Assembly (NCBI GenBank): GCA_963752475.1
Contig: CAVVYR010000001.1
Span: forward strand, 32,001 to 96,000
Length of the DNA stretch: 64,000 nucleotides
Source of the DNA: an uncultured Chloroflexia bacterium
GTDB lineage: Bacteria; Chloroflexota; Limnocylindria; Limnocylindrales; CSP1-4
Reading direction: 5' to 3'
The notes beneath the pieces are model-generated. The model made no database searches. It worked only from the letters and a program-made list of their open reading frames with translations, and was not told where the DNA came from. Both the position numbers and the translations under genes were made by a program. Below are positions 19,951 to 30,953 of the stretch, in pieces. Position 1 is the first letter of the stretch; each line of letters begins with the position of its first letter.

Positions 19951-21329
19951 ATGACGCGCACGCTCGTCCTCGACGTCGACGAACGCGACGACGGCGACGG
20001 TACGCGGTTCGAGTTGAACGCACGACTGGAGTGACCGGCGCCCCTCCGGAGGTCAGCCGCGCGACCTTCAGACATGAGACCAGAGCCGCGTCACCCGGGT
20101 GCTCGATGGCTACATCTTGGCGGTCTTGATCTATGCCCGCGCATGTGCGGACCGCGTCGTCGTCAACGGCCCGGTGTCGGCCAAGGCGTTGCGGAACGCA
20201 CGGATCCTTGGGGAAGCGTGGAACCCACGGTTCCCCGACCGCTATCGACCGGTCGAGCTCGTTCCCGAGCCGTCGTGTCCGACCACGTGAACCGAAGCGA
20301 GAGCACGACCACCGGGATGCACGCGCCATCGCGGCTTTCTCGGGCGGGGTGGACTCGGCCTTCCTGGCGTTGCGCCATACGTCCGGGGTGCTTGGTAGCG
20401 CATCGTACCAGCTGACAGACGTCGTACTCGTCCATGGCTTCGATATCAGACTGCAAACCACGCCGCATTCGATGAACTCGTAGCGCGAACGGCGCCCCTG
20501 CCGACGAACTAGGCCTCCGCCTGCATGTCGTCCGGACCGACGTCCGCGAGCGATCGAGCAGCACTGGGTGCACGCGCATGGAGCCATGCTGGCATCGGTC
20601 CTGCATCAGTCCTCCGACCGGTTCGAGCACGGGCTCATCGCGAGCACGGCTGCTGACCCGGCCTGGCGATCCGCTTGGGGCACGACCTATGCTGGGGACC
20701 ACCTGTTCTCGGGCGGCGACTTCGAAATCGTCCACGACGGCGCAGCCTACTCGCGGACCAGAAGGTGGCGGCGATCGCAACCCACCCACGGCAAGGCGAG
20801 CCGTCAAGGTCTGCTGGGGGGGCGCGACCAGGGTCGAAACTGCGGTGTCTGCGAGAAGTGCGTACGCACCCGGCTTGATTTCATGGCCGCGGACCATGCG
20901 GCGCCCGAGTGCTTCGATACGCCGTTCGATCCAGGCAGCATCGCCCCTCTGGCAGTCGGCACGGAGGGCAAGCTGGCTCATGTCCGTGCCACCCTGGAGT
21001 TCGCGAAGAACCGTGGTATCGATGAGGAGTGGGTCCGGCTGCTCGACGAACACGTGGCCAAGCTTTCCGATGAGCTACGGGCAGAGCGGCTATTGGCCAA
21101 GGAACGCGGTGCCGCGATCGCCGAACGTGATACGGCGTACGCCGAACGTGATGCCGCGATCGCCGAACGTGATGCTGCCGAGATGGCGCGTGATGAAGCG
21201 GTGTCGAGTCTTGACTCCGTCTTGAGCAGCCGGATCTGGCGCTGGGGCAGTCTGTACCGCAGGCTCGGTGACCGGCTTAGGGCGGTCCTACCCGATGGCT
21301 CATCACCCGGACGCGGCCAGGATACCTAG
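19951..21329 (+). CDS. PP-loop (SGGxDS) protein with Cys cluster and C-terminal heptad repeats, copy 2, frameshifted
   Basis: AFSGGVDSAF, HGFDI, NCGVCEKCVRT, AERDTAYAERDAAIAERD and SSRIWRWGSLYRRLG. Confidence 0.72.
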
Positions 21330-21400
21330 CGCCGGGAGTCCCCTCAACTCTCCTTGGCGAGGCGGCCAGACACCGAGGGACGTCACCGGTCGGCTGCGTG

Positions 21401-22302
21401 GTGAGGCGCCCCTGGAGGTGGTGGCTCGCTAGACTCGCTGGCAATGCCGGGCTATCACTCGCGACTGCAGATGATGGCGACCTCATCTGCTCGTTCATCC
21501 TGCAGGTCAAGCCAGTGCGGCTGCTCACTGGCATGCCAGCAATACCGGCGACCGCTTGATCTGGCGCGGAGGCGAACGCCTGCTGTCGAGCCACGGTGTC
21601 GAACCCACGCCGCTTCCCTTCCCGGAAGCCAGGGTGCTCGAAGACAAGTGGCGCGGGGGGACCTTGGTGATACCGGGCAATGCGGCCTACACGGCAAGCT
21701 GGCACGAATGGATGCCGGAACTCACGAGCCGTGTCGCGCCGACGGTCGAACGCGTTGTCATCCTGCCGTCCTCCTACGACCCCTCGGTGCCAGGCGTGGC
21801 CGAGGCCCTCTCGCGACCGAACGTCTTCGCGTTCACCCGGGAGGCCGCGTCATCCACCGGATCAAAGCTCGGACGAAGGCGTGTCTGGCCATGGATCCGG
21901 CCCTCTATGCACTCGACCCGGTGGCGCCGCCCGCGGACACGGCTGGGGGCGGGACGAGCGATTCCGTGCTCGTGGCCCTGAGAACGGATCGAGATAGCAC
22001 GCTGAGGGAGCACGGCGTCAGCCCTCTCGACGGAGTGAACGACGACATCAGCGCCACCGTCGAAGACCTCGACGAGTTCCTCGATCGTATCCGAGACGTC
22101 GACACGGTCGTGAGCGACCAATTGACGTGGTCGTCGCGGCGGTGATGCTGGGCAAGCAGGTGCGCTATATCGACCCGGTCGATCGCAAGATCAGCACCTA
22201 CGTCGAGTGGTCATTCCAGGATGAGTTCCGAGACCGGTTGCGGCGAGTGCGACGCGGACTGGCTCATCGAGCACGGCTACGTCGAGACCCTGCAAGTCAT
22301 GA
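21401..22302 (+). CDS. Polysaccharide pyruvyl transferase family protein (frameshifted)
   Basis: Across frames: LIWRGG, VIPGNAAY...WH, VVILPSS, FTREAAS, MDPALY, VVSDQL.VVVAAVMLGK and KISTY. Confidence 0.6.
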
Positions 22303-23630
22303 GCGAGGCGCGCATCCTCGGCTACGTCATGGCTCGTGACGAGTGGCCCTTGCTGGCGGTGGCCGGTCGTCCACGAGCTCTGGAGCGCCACGTCGATCAT
22401 GTGCTGGTCGTCGATCACGCCAGTCGCGGACGGCACCCGGGATGGCCTGACGGAACTCCAGCGGGATCTGGCCTGGACGGCTCTCCGTCTTATCGCCTCG
22501 ACGGCGAGGATTTCCACCAGGAAGCCACCACCACGGTGATGACGCGCGTCGGAGGGGTCGCGGCCTACAGTTGGGTCTACGTGTTCGACGCTGACGAGTT
22601 CCTGCTTCACCGAGACCGGGCACAGGGTTGCGCACGGTCCTGGGGGACGTCCCGGACAACATCGACCTCATCAGGTACGAGGTCCACAACTGGATCGCGC
22701 CCGACGACTTCGACGAGAACGATCTCGGGTCGCTATGGAGGAGATCCTGTTATCGATCTCGACCCTCCGTCTTCATGCCGATCCCCGGGCTGCTCGCCGC
22801 AGATATGGTCGAACACGGGAATGCGAACTTCTTCGACCTGCCCTTCCGCTCGAAGGGCATCGTCCTGGCCGAGATGGGCGGACCGGATCGCAGGCAGGGG
22901 CTCACTCGCTCAGAGCAGCACGCTCACGAGCGGGAGTTCACCCTACCTCCGACGCGGACTGCGGGCAGGCCACGTGCCGTTGGTTGAGCCGAGGCCCGGC
23001 TGGCCAGGAAGTGTGCTGCACGGCCAACGGCTCAAGGACTCAGGCTTCCCGCCCCATCACGGCTGGCAGAGCCGGATGATCCGACGACTGGAAGTCGGCT
23101 GGGCGGCTCGACGAGTTCTGGGCAGCTCCACTCCATCCCGTCGGAGCCGGTCAGCAGCCCCTTCGCAATGGCCGGAGATCGCAGCCGGACGGATTCCTGG
23201 GCCGAGGCGTTGATGGCGTCGGCGGCAGTCTTGGATGGACGGGCTCTCGAGGGAACCCAGCACGACGTCAGCGGAGCAGAAGACGCAGGTACCTCACCCT
23301 CGAGCAGGGCCGTGGACGCTGTGCGTGCAGCCCAGACCGTGCACCCACGACGCCGAGACCGAACGAAGTGAAGCTGTTGCTCGAGCGCAACGCTGCCGAG
23401 GGTCGAACGAAGTGAAGCTGTTGCTCGGCGCAACGCTGCCGAGGTCGAACGCGATCGGTTGGACTCGATGACCGCATCGAGGAAGCAGGAGGGCTATCGC
23501 CGCGCCAGCGGGATCGGGCCAGAGCCGCACGCGACCGCGCGGTGGCCGACCGGGACGCGATCCTGGCCAGCAGGAGGTGGCGGAGCGACCGCGTGGTACC
23601 GGAGCGCTGATGGATCGGCTGCGGCGGTGA
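22299..23630 (+). CDS. GT2-like glycosyltransferase with coiled-coil tail (frameshifted)
   Basis: MARDEWPLL, VLVVDHAS.DGT, FHQE and WVYVFDADEFL; tail ends ..SRRWR..AWYR. Confidence 0.7.
23361..23450 (+). repeat. About 43-bp direct repeat x2 encoding two heptads (ERSEAVAERNAAEV-like)
   Basis: gaacgaagtgaagctgttgctc(ga)gcgcaacgctgccgaggtc occurs twice in tandem. Confidence 0.8.
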
Positions 23631-23904
23631 CGAACGGGAGGCCGGAGGGCGGCTCAAGGACACGCGCTGCTAGAGTCCGAGACCATGCCTGCCGATAAGC
23701 CCCGGTCGAGACGCGCACACGCCGTCACTCGGTTGACCGCGAGCCTCTCGAGGCTCATCAGCGCGTCTCGAACGGCGGGCCGTCGACTGTGGCCCGCGCC
23801 GATCGCGCTCGCCCATACAGATGCTTGCCGAGCAGCGGCACAGCAAAGCCATTCCTCGCCCGGATTAGGTAGAGCTGCAGTTCGCGAACCTGGGCCCGGA
23901 GAGG

Positions 23905-25250
23905 GTGATCGACTTCGTGCACCGAGACGAGCACGTGCGGATGTGGCTGCCGTATGCGCAGCAAGACTGGGTCCAGAGCCACATCCTCCGCGACCGCGAC
24001 TTCTTCGAGCACAGGTCGCTGACGGGCATCCGTCCACGCCTCACCGGCCGCGACATCTTCGTCGACGCTGGCGCGAACATCGGGAACCACAGCCTCTACT
24101 TCGCCCTCATCTGTGGAGCGCAGCGGGTGATCGCCTTCGAACCGCAGAAGGTGATGCTCGACATCCTGCACAAGAACATCGCCCTCAACGGGCTGGAGGA
24201 GAGGATCGAGGTGAGACCGGTGGCGCTGGGGCGTGCTCGAGGGTTCGCGGACTTCGACGAGTACCGAACGAACAACTTCGGCGCGACGTCACTCTCGATG
24301 GGGCTCGTTCGCGGCCCGGTCGAGGTCGTCCCGCTCGACGATCTCGCTCTACAGCACGTTGACGTGCTCAAGATCGATGTCGAGGGCGCCGCGTTGGAAG
24401 TGCTCGACGGCGCCAGAGAGACGATCACCGCGGCCCGACCCATCATCATCCTGGAGGCACTCAGCGGTCGCGAGGATGTGGCCGGCCCCATGGCCTACCT
24501 TGCCGACCTCCGGTACACGGTCGAAACGCTCCACGCCGACAACTACCTCTGCCTGCCGTCATCCGAAGCTTGTCCACCTCATCTGGATCGACTAGCGGGG
24601 GGAGACGCCCCACCCCCACCCGATATCGCCGCGCGCCTCGAGCGCTGGAAGACACTGCACCCTTGCACGAGGTCAGGGTCTGGACCACCAGCGACCTCCG
24701 CTCGCAGATCCGGACACCCCCGGGCGTCGACCTCGTCGAAGCAGTCGACCGGACGCGGCTGCCGGCGATGCAGTCGGACCTGCTGCGGCTTGCGATCCTC
24801 TTGGAATACGGCGGCTTCTACTCCGACCTCAAGAACGACCCGGCGATGTCGTTCCTCGGATTCCTGTCCTATGAGACTCGGGCCGTCGTCAGTGTCCACC
24901 CTCCGACCATCCGAGGCTACGAGATGCGCGTGTGCAACGCATTCCTGGGCGGCCCGGCGGGACATGGCTTCTGGCTCGATTGGCTCAAGCTCGCATGCGC
25001 CAACGTGCTCGCGCGCGCTGAGTCGAGCGTCTCAGATGTGACGGGTGGCTTGGTGCTGGAGCGCGTACTCGCCCAGCGCCGAGCCTCTGGCATCGACGAC
25101 GTGCTCGTTCTTCCGTCAGCGCAGGTGTGGGGCACACCAGAAGTCGAGAGCGGATGGATGCGGCGACGACCGGCGAGCTACAACGCCGAGGACATGTCGC
25201 AGCACTGGTCGGTGCTGCAGGGAGAGCGTGGCCTCTACGTCGACGATTGA
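23905..25250 (+). CDS. FkbM-family methyltransferase apparently fused to a GT32-like (DxD) glycosyltransferase (frameshifted)
   Basis: VDAGANIGNHS, FEP and KIDVEG, then PKLVHLIWI, SDLLRLAILLEYGGFYSDL and NAFLGG. No stop between the domains. Confidence 0.75.
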
Positions 25251-25335
25251 CCTGACACGTCGGCTATCCTCCGTGCCTGAGGGACTTCCGCGTATTGCAT
25301 CGGCCTCGGCCGAGCTGACCATGAGGAGAGGCTGA

Positions 25336-27278
25336 GTGGCGCTGTTCGGCTGCCTGACGGGATCGCTGCTGGCGATCGCTCCGCGCGTCGTGCTCATCGG
25401 TGCCTGGCTGGTCGCCGACCGCTGGCAGCAGGTCTGGGACGGGACGGTCCTAATCCCCCTCGTGGGCATCGTCTTCCTGCCCTACACCACCGTGATGTAC
25501 CTGTTCGTGTGGACGCCCCAGGCATCGCCGGCTACGCCTGGGTGTGGCTGGCACTGGGGCTCTTGCTCGATGTGGCCCACATGGGCTTCGTGGCCACGGA
25601 CGCTGGAGAGGGCCGCCGCGGCACGTCAGAGGCTTTGGACTGGCTGCGCCGCTCCACGCGTCGGACGATCGACGTCGTCCGCGGAACGCCGCTCCTGGTC
25701 TGGCTGATCTTCCTGCTGGCGCTGGTAGTGCGGCTCGTGGGCACGCCCTACGCCCTGCCTCAGCAGCTGGACCCGGACGACCGATCTTCGTCGACGGCGC
25801 GCTCCGCATGATGAGCAACGGCGACCTGGACCCGGACTGGTACGGCGCTCCGGCAAGCACGCTGATGACCGGCATGGCCGCGCTCTACGCCGCCTATGGC
25901 TTCGCCGGCATCCTGCTCGGGAACCTCGGCTCCATGGCCGACATCGTCCCCGCCTACCAGGCCGACGGTACCTACTTCCTGCTGTCCGGACGGATCTACA
26001 CGGCCATCGCCGCCACGGCCGTGGTCGTGGCCACCTACGCGGTCACGCGCGAACTGCGGGTGTCGCACTTCTGGTCGGGACTGGCCGCGCTGGTGATCGC
26101 GCTGTCGCCGCTGATGATCGGCTACTCCTGGCTGGTGCGCATGGACATGTTCCAGGTCCTCTTCATGCTGCTGGCACTGTTGATGGTGCTGCGCGCACTG
26201 CGGAAGCCGACCCTGACCGCGTTCGTGCTGGCCGGTGTCTTCGTCGGCCTGGGCGTTGCCAGCAAGTACCCGGCCGTCGTGGTCGCCATCCCGATCCTGG
26301 CTGCGGCCATCGTGCTCGCGGGTCAGGGTCGGCTTTCGATCCGGGCCTCGATCGGCTATCTCGTGAGCGCTGGTGTAGCGAGCCTCATCGCTGCCGCTGT
26401 CGTCGCGCCGTACCTGTTCATCGACTTCGAGGAAGTGTTGGCGCACGTCGAACGGGAGAACCGCAGTACGCACCTCGGACATACCGGCCAGGGCTTCTTC
26501 ACGGATCTGTGGGACTACCTGAACGTGGCGCTGCCGCAGGCGCTCAAGGGACCCGGCACCCTGCTCGGGATCATCGGCCTGGGCTCGATGCTCGCCTCGC
26601 GCCGTGGCTGGCTGTTGCCGCTGGCCTTCGCCATCTACCTGCTGTTCATCTCCTACCTCTCGCTGTGGTGGGTACGGTGGGCCTTGCCGCTGGTCCCGCT
26701 CGCGGCGATCGGCGCAGTCTTCCTCGCTCACCGACTGGAGCTCCGCCTCCGGCCGCGCCTGCCGGCGTTCGTGACGTACGGTGCGCGCATCGCCGTAGCC
26801 GCGCTACTGCTCGTCCCGGTCGCCATCCCCACAGCGGAGATGGTCTGGTCCCGCGCCACGACCGACGACGTCCGCGTCGAGGCCGCCAAGTGGATGGACG
26901 CGAACATCCCGGCCGGTAGCACGCTGGTCATCGAGTCGTATGTGCCACAGGTGCTCGCGGAGGAGTACGAGTGCTCTTCGCGCTCAATGGTGAGGTCATC
27001 CGCTGGCAGGAGTTCAGCGATCAGGTCCGGCCGGCCAGGTTCTTCGGCTCACTGGGCGATGGCTCGCGCGACATGACGCCCGAGGAGCTCATGGCCGAGT
27101 TCGAGGCACGGGACGTCGACTACGTGCTGCTGAGTTCGAGTTGATCGGTCGCTATGGCGCCGAGCGTGAGGACTACCCTGACGAGTGGGCCGTGTACGAG
27201 ACGCTGCTCGAGGAGTACCCCACGGTCAAGACCTTCCGCGACGGTGAGATCGTGGTCCTCGACGCCAAGCAGGAGTAG
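25336..27278 (+). CDS. GT39/ArnT-like (PMT family) polyprenyl-dependent glycosyltransferase (frameshifted)
   Basis: LDPD(E) loop, many TMs, LVRMD, GLGVASKYP and VRWALPLVP motifs. Confidence 0.8.
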
Positions 27279-27300
27279 GAGCTCGCCAAGCGGGACCTGG

Positions 27301-28198
27301 CTAGTCGATCGTCACCGGACCGGGCACCGTCAGCCCGAGGTGCGCGATGAGCGCGTCGAGCTCACGCAGCGTCACCTCGTCGAGCGGCGGATAGGGCCGC
27401 CGCGGGGGCGTGGTCCATGGCCCCGCGCATGGTGTAGATGAGCTTGCGCAGCGGCAGGTTCAGGCCAGGCTGGTTCTCGTAGCGGATGAGCGGCAGGTAG
27501 CGATAGAACGTGTCGCGCGCCCGTTCCTCGCGGCCGGCCCGGAAGTCGCGGTAGATCGAGACCAGGATCTCCGGGAAGCCGAAGCCGGTCATCATGCCGA
27601 CCACGCCACGCTGCAGCTCCTCGAACATGAAGTTGCCGCCGAGTCCACCGAAGATGGCCACATCCGGGTTGGCGGCGAGGATGGCGGTCACCTTCTGCGC
27701 CGTGGGGTCGTCCTCGAGCTTGAGGTAGCGACACGAGGCAGTTCGGCGGCGAGGTTCGCCGATGAACGCGGCGTCATGAACACGCCGAGCTGGCGGGGAA
27801 GTCCTGAACCACGATGGGCACGTCGACCGCGTCCGCGAGCGCCTCGTAGTGGCGTCGCACCCCGGCCTCGTTGGGCCGGTTGGTCCGCGGCGGCGCCACG
27901 AGCAGCCGGCGGCGCCGCGATCGGCCGCGTCGCGCGCGTTGCGCAGGCAGGGGTCGAGGGCTGGAGCGGTGGCACCGACCACGACGGCAGGCGGCCGTCG
28001 GCCACCTCGATGGTCACATCGATGACCTGCGCCCGTTCGGCCTCGGACAGCTTGGCCGCCTCGCCCAGGAAGCCCAGGATGGTCAGCCCATCGACGCCGG
28101 TGTCGATGATGAAGTCGACGAGCCGTCGCAGGCTGGGCTCATCGATGCGCGCCCGACTCGTCGAAGGGCGTGGGCACGATGTTGTAGATGCCGTCCAT
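27301..28198 (-). CDS. Dihydrodipicolinate synthase/class I aldolase family protein (frameshifted)
   Basis: GIYNIVPTPF, GVDGLTILGFLGEA, YLKLED and GMMTGF motifs. Confidence 0.85.
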
Positions 28199-28223
28199 GG
28201 CCCCCCCGTGGGTCGCTCGTCGA

Positions 28224-28988
28224 TCACGGCAGCGCGCTGACCAGGCCGCCGTCGACGGGCACGATGGCACCGGTGACGTAGGAAGCGGCGGGCGAGAGCA
28301 GGAAGGCCGCCACGCGCCCGATCTCGGCGGTATCACCGTATCGGCCGAGCGGGATCGTCGCCTCCGCCTGGCGCTGGACCTCCTCGACCGCCGGCCGGTC
28401 GACTCCGCACGCGCGGCGTCGAGCTGCCGGACGCGGTCGGTGGCGAAGCGGCCGGGGGCCACGCCGTTGATGCGGATCGGGGCGATCTCGAAGCTCAGGT
28501 TCTTGATCAGGCCGGCCAGGCCGGGTCGCAGCACATTGCTGGTGGTGAGCCCGGGCAGGGCTGGCGGACCGACGAGCTGAGGTTGACGACGATGGCCGGG
28601 TCGCTCCCCTCGCGCAGGTGTGGCAGCGCGGCGCGGATGAGCCGCAGCGCGGAGTGCAGCGTGCCATCGATGGCGCGGGCCCATTCCTCCTCGCCGATGG
28701 CCTCGAAGGTGCCGGCGGGCGGGCCGCCGGAGTTGACCACGAGCAGGTCGAGTCCACCGAGCTGCTCGACGGCGGACGCGACCGCGCAGCCGGACCATCC
28801 GGCGTGGAGAGGTCGGCCACGACGGTGCCGGCACCCAGCTCGGCGGCGCGCGCGTCGAGCGTCTCCGCCGTGCGTCCGGCGAGGACCAGGCGGGCGCCCT
28901 CGGCCGCCAGCACGCCGGCGATCCCGGCGCCGATGCCACCTGCGCCGCCGCCCACCAGGGCGCGCCGTCCGCCTAGTCCCAGATCCAT
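28224..28988 (-). CDS. SDR-family oxidoreductase (frameshifted)
   Basis: MDLGL.GRRALVGGGAGGIG, NSGGPPAG, SNVLRPGLAGL and IPLGRYG...ASYVTG motifs. Confidence 0.88.
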   Translation of the reverse strand: MDLGLGGRRALVGGGAGGIGAGIAGVLAAEGARLVLAGRTAETLDARAAELGAGTVVADLSTPDGPAARSRPPSSSSVDSTCSWSTPAARPPAPSRPSARRNGPAPSMARCTPRCGSSAPRCHTCARGATRPSSSTSARRSASPARAHHQQCAATRPGRPDQEPELRDRPDPHQRRGPRPLRHRPRPAARRRACGVDRPAVEEVQRQAEATIPLGRYGDTAEIGRVAAFLLSPAASYVTGAIVPVDGGLVSALP

Positions 28989-29048
28989 ATCGTCCTCCGC
29001 TGTCGGGCGAACGTACGCCCGTGCTTCGTCAGGCTTGGTCGCAGTGAT

Positions 29049-29795
29049 TTAGGCGGTCAGCCGCGGGATGCGCCGCGCCAGCCGCTGCGCCTTCTGCACC
29101 GTGCTCTCGCGGGTCGACCACCAATCGGCAACGAGCTTGATGGCCCCCTCCTCGTCGGTGGGATGCATCAGTTCTCGGTGCCTCTGGGTGTCGAAGTAGG
29201 TGAGCCTGGAGACAGCCTCGAGGTCATCGAAGAAGGGCTTGCGCCTGGGCTCCTTCGCACGCCACACGAACGTCTGCGGCTTGCCCGGCCCGGTGATGGT
29301 GGCGTACTGGAGGCCCGGATGGAAGTCACGTATCGCGAACACGACCTTGTACACGTCACCGTGCCAGGAGGCAACCTGTACCTCGAGATCGCCTCGCCGC
29401 AGGTCTACGGCGAGGCGGTGCTCACGTTCCGCGGAATACGCGTCCGAGGGCACGGTGTCATCGAGGACGATCAGGGAGTTGGCGTGCGTGTGGAGTAGCG
29501 CGTTGGTCAGGTCGCGATAGGCCTGCTCGAAGATATGCAGGCCATCGATGAAGACGATGTCAAAGGCCCTGTCTACATCGAGGCCTTCGAAGTACTCGTC
29601 CGACGTGATCTCGTAGGCTTCCGCACCGGAACCGCGCAGCGTCTCGAGGTCGACGAGGAACTCGGGGTCGACGGCCACGCGAGACTCGATCTCGATGCCC
29701 TCGAAGGTGACGCCGCGCTCGACACCGATCTCGAGGTAGGTCCGAGCCCCGGTCAGGGCGGCGAGGGCGTTCATCCGCCTGATCGAGCGCTTCAC
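29049..29795 (-). CDS. Class I SAM-dependent methyltransferase (Methyltransf_24-like)
   Basis: YLEIGV, AVDP, TSDEYF, FDIVFIDGLH, IVLDD and WHGDVYK motifs. Confidence 0.88.
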   Translation of the reverse strand: MKRSIRRMNALAALTGARTYLEIGVERGVTFEGIEIESRVAVDPEFLVDLETLRGSGAEAYEITSDEYFEGLDVDRAFDIVFIDGLHIFEQAYRDLTNALLHTHANSLIVLDDTVPSDAYSAEREHRLAVDLRRGDLEVQVASWHGDVYKVVFAIRDFHPGLQYATITGPGKPQTFVWRAKEPRRKPFFDDLEAVSRLTYFDTQRHRELMHPTDEEGAIKLVADWWSTRESTVQKAQRLARRIPRLTA

Positions 29796-29901
29796 GGTCA
29801 GTCTCCGTTGGGTGTCCGGCGCTGACGATCCGAGCCGGGCGACAGGAGCGTCGCGCTTGATGCTACCTCTTCGGACGGGACCGCCGGGTACCATGGCTCA
29901 C

Positions 29902-30947
29902 GTGACCGAGACCGAATGGCGGAAGCTCGCCAGCCCCCGGCCAGCGCCAGCGGACGAGCCGACCGTGGCGGTGCTCCCACGGGGCGATCCTGACACCGTT
30001 CAAGGCCGGAGCTCTGCGCTCGCTGCAGGCCCCGGTCAAGTGGACAACGCGGTGCCGTCTACGACCGCGACGGTCAGCTCCAGGTGGCATCCCAGCGCAT
30101 CGGTCGGCCTGGCGGGGGACCGCGTCGTCGCGGCCGATCCCCAGCGCCTCGAGGAGGCGCTGCCTGGGGTCTCGATCCCACCCCGGGAGGCCCAACGCCT
30201 CCGCGGACGCTGGCTCTACGTGGGCAATTGGATGCGCCACTTCGGGCACTTCCTGACCGAGACGCTGACGACGCTCTGGCCGGCGGAGGTCGAGGTCGCC
30301 GGGCTGGTCGGCCACCCGTTCGTCTTCGGTTCAGCGAGCACGGAGTGGCAGGAGCGGCTGCTGGCACTCGCCGGCTACGGCGGGCTGCCCCGTGCTGTCG
30401 CGGCCGACACCACCGTGGTGGACGAGCTCATCCTACCCGAACGAACGTACCTGCCGAACGGCTACGCCCGACCTCAGGCAGTCGAGACCTGGCAGCGGGT
30501 GGCACAACGGGCTGGTGACGCCACCCAAGCCGGTGGGGCGGTCTTCCTCTCGCGTAGCTCGTGGAACAGACGGCCAGCCGCGCTGCCGGCCGGGCGACGC
30601 CCAGAAGCATGGACAACGAGGCCGAGCTCGACGCGCTGATGCGCGCTCGCGGTGCCACCGTCATCGAGCCCGAACGGCTCGACGTCGAGGACCAGGTTCG
30701 TGCCGTCAGGGGCGCCGACCTGATCGTCGGTCCCAGTGGCTCCGCCATGCACCTGTCCGCCTTCGCCCATCCGGGCACCCGGGTACTGGAGGTCTGCGAC
30801 GCGCGCTCCCCAGCAAAGCGACTGCCCAATCAGCAGGTCATCGATGCCGCCTGTGGCCATCTGACCGCGGTCATCCAGTACCGAGAACACGAGGGAGGGC
30901 TGGACATGACGAACGTGAGGCGCGAGCTGGATCGGCTGGAGGCGTAA
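29902..30947 (+). CDS. Glycosyltransferase family 61 (DUF563) protein (frameshift near 30590)
   Basis: HFGHFLTE, VFLSRS, NEAEL, PERL..EDQV and GPSGSAMH motifs. Confidence 0.82.
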
Positions 30948-30953
30948 GGGGCG

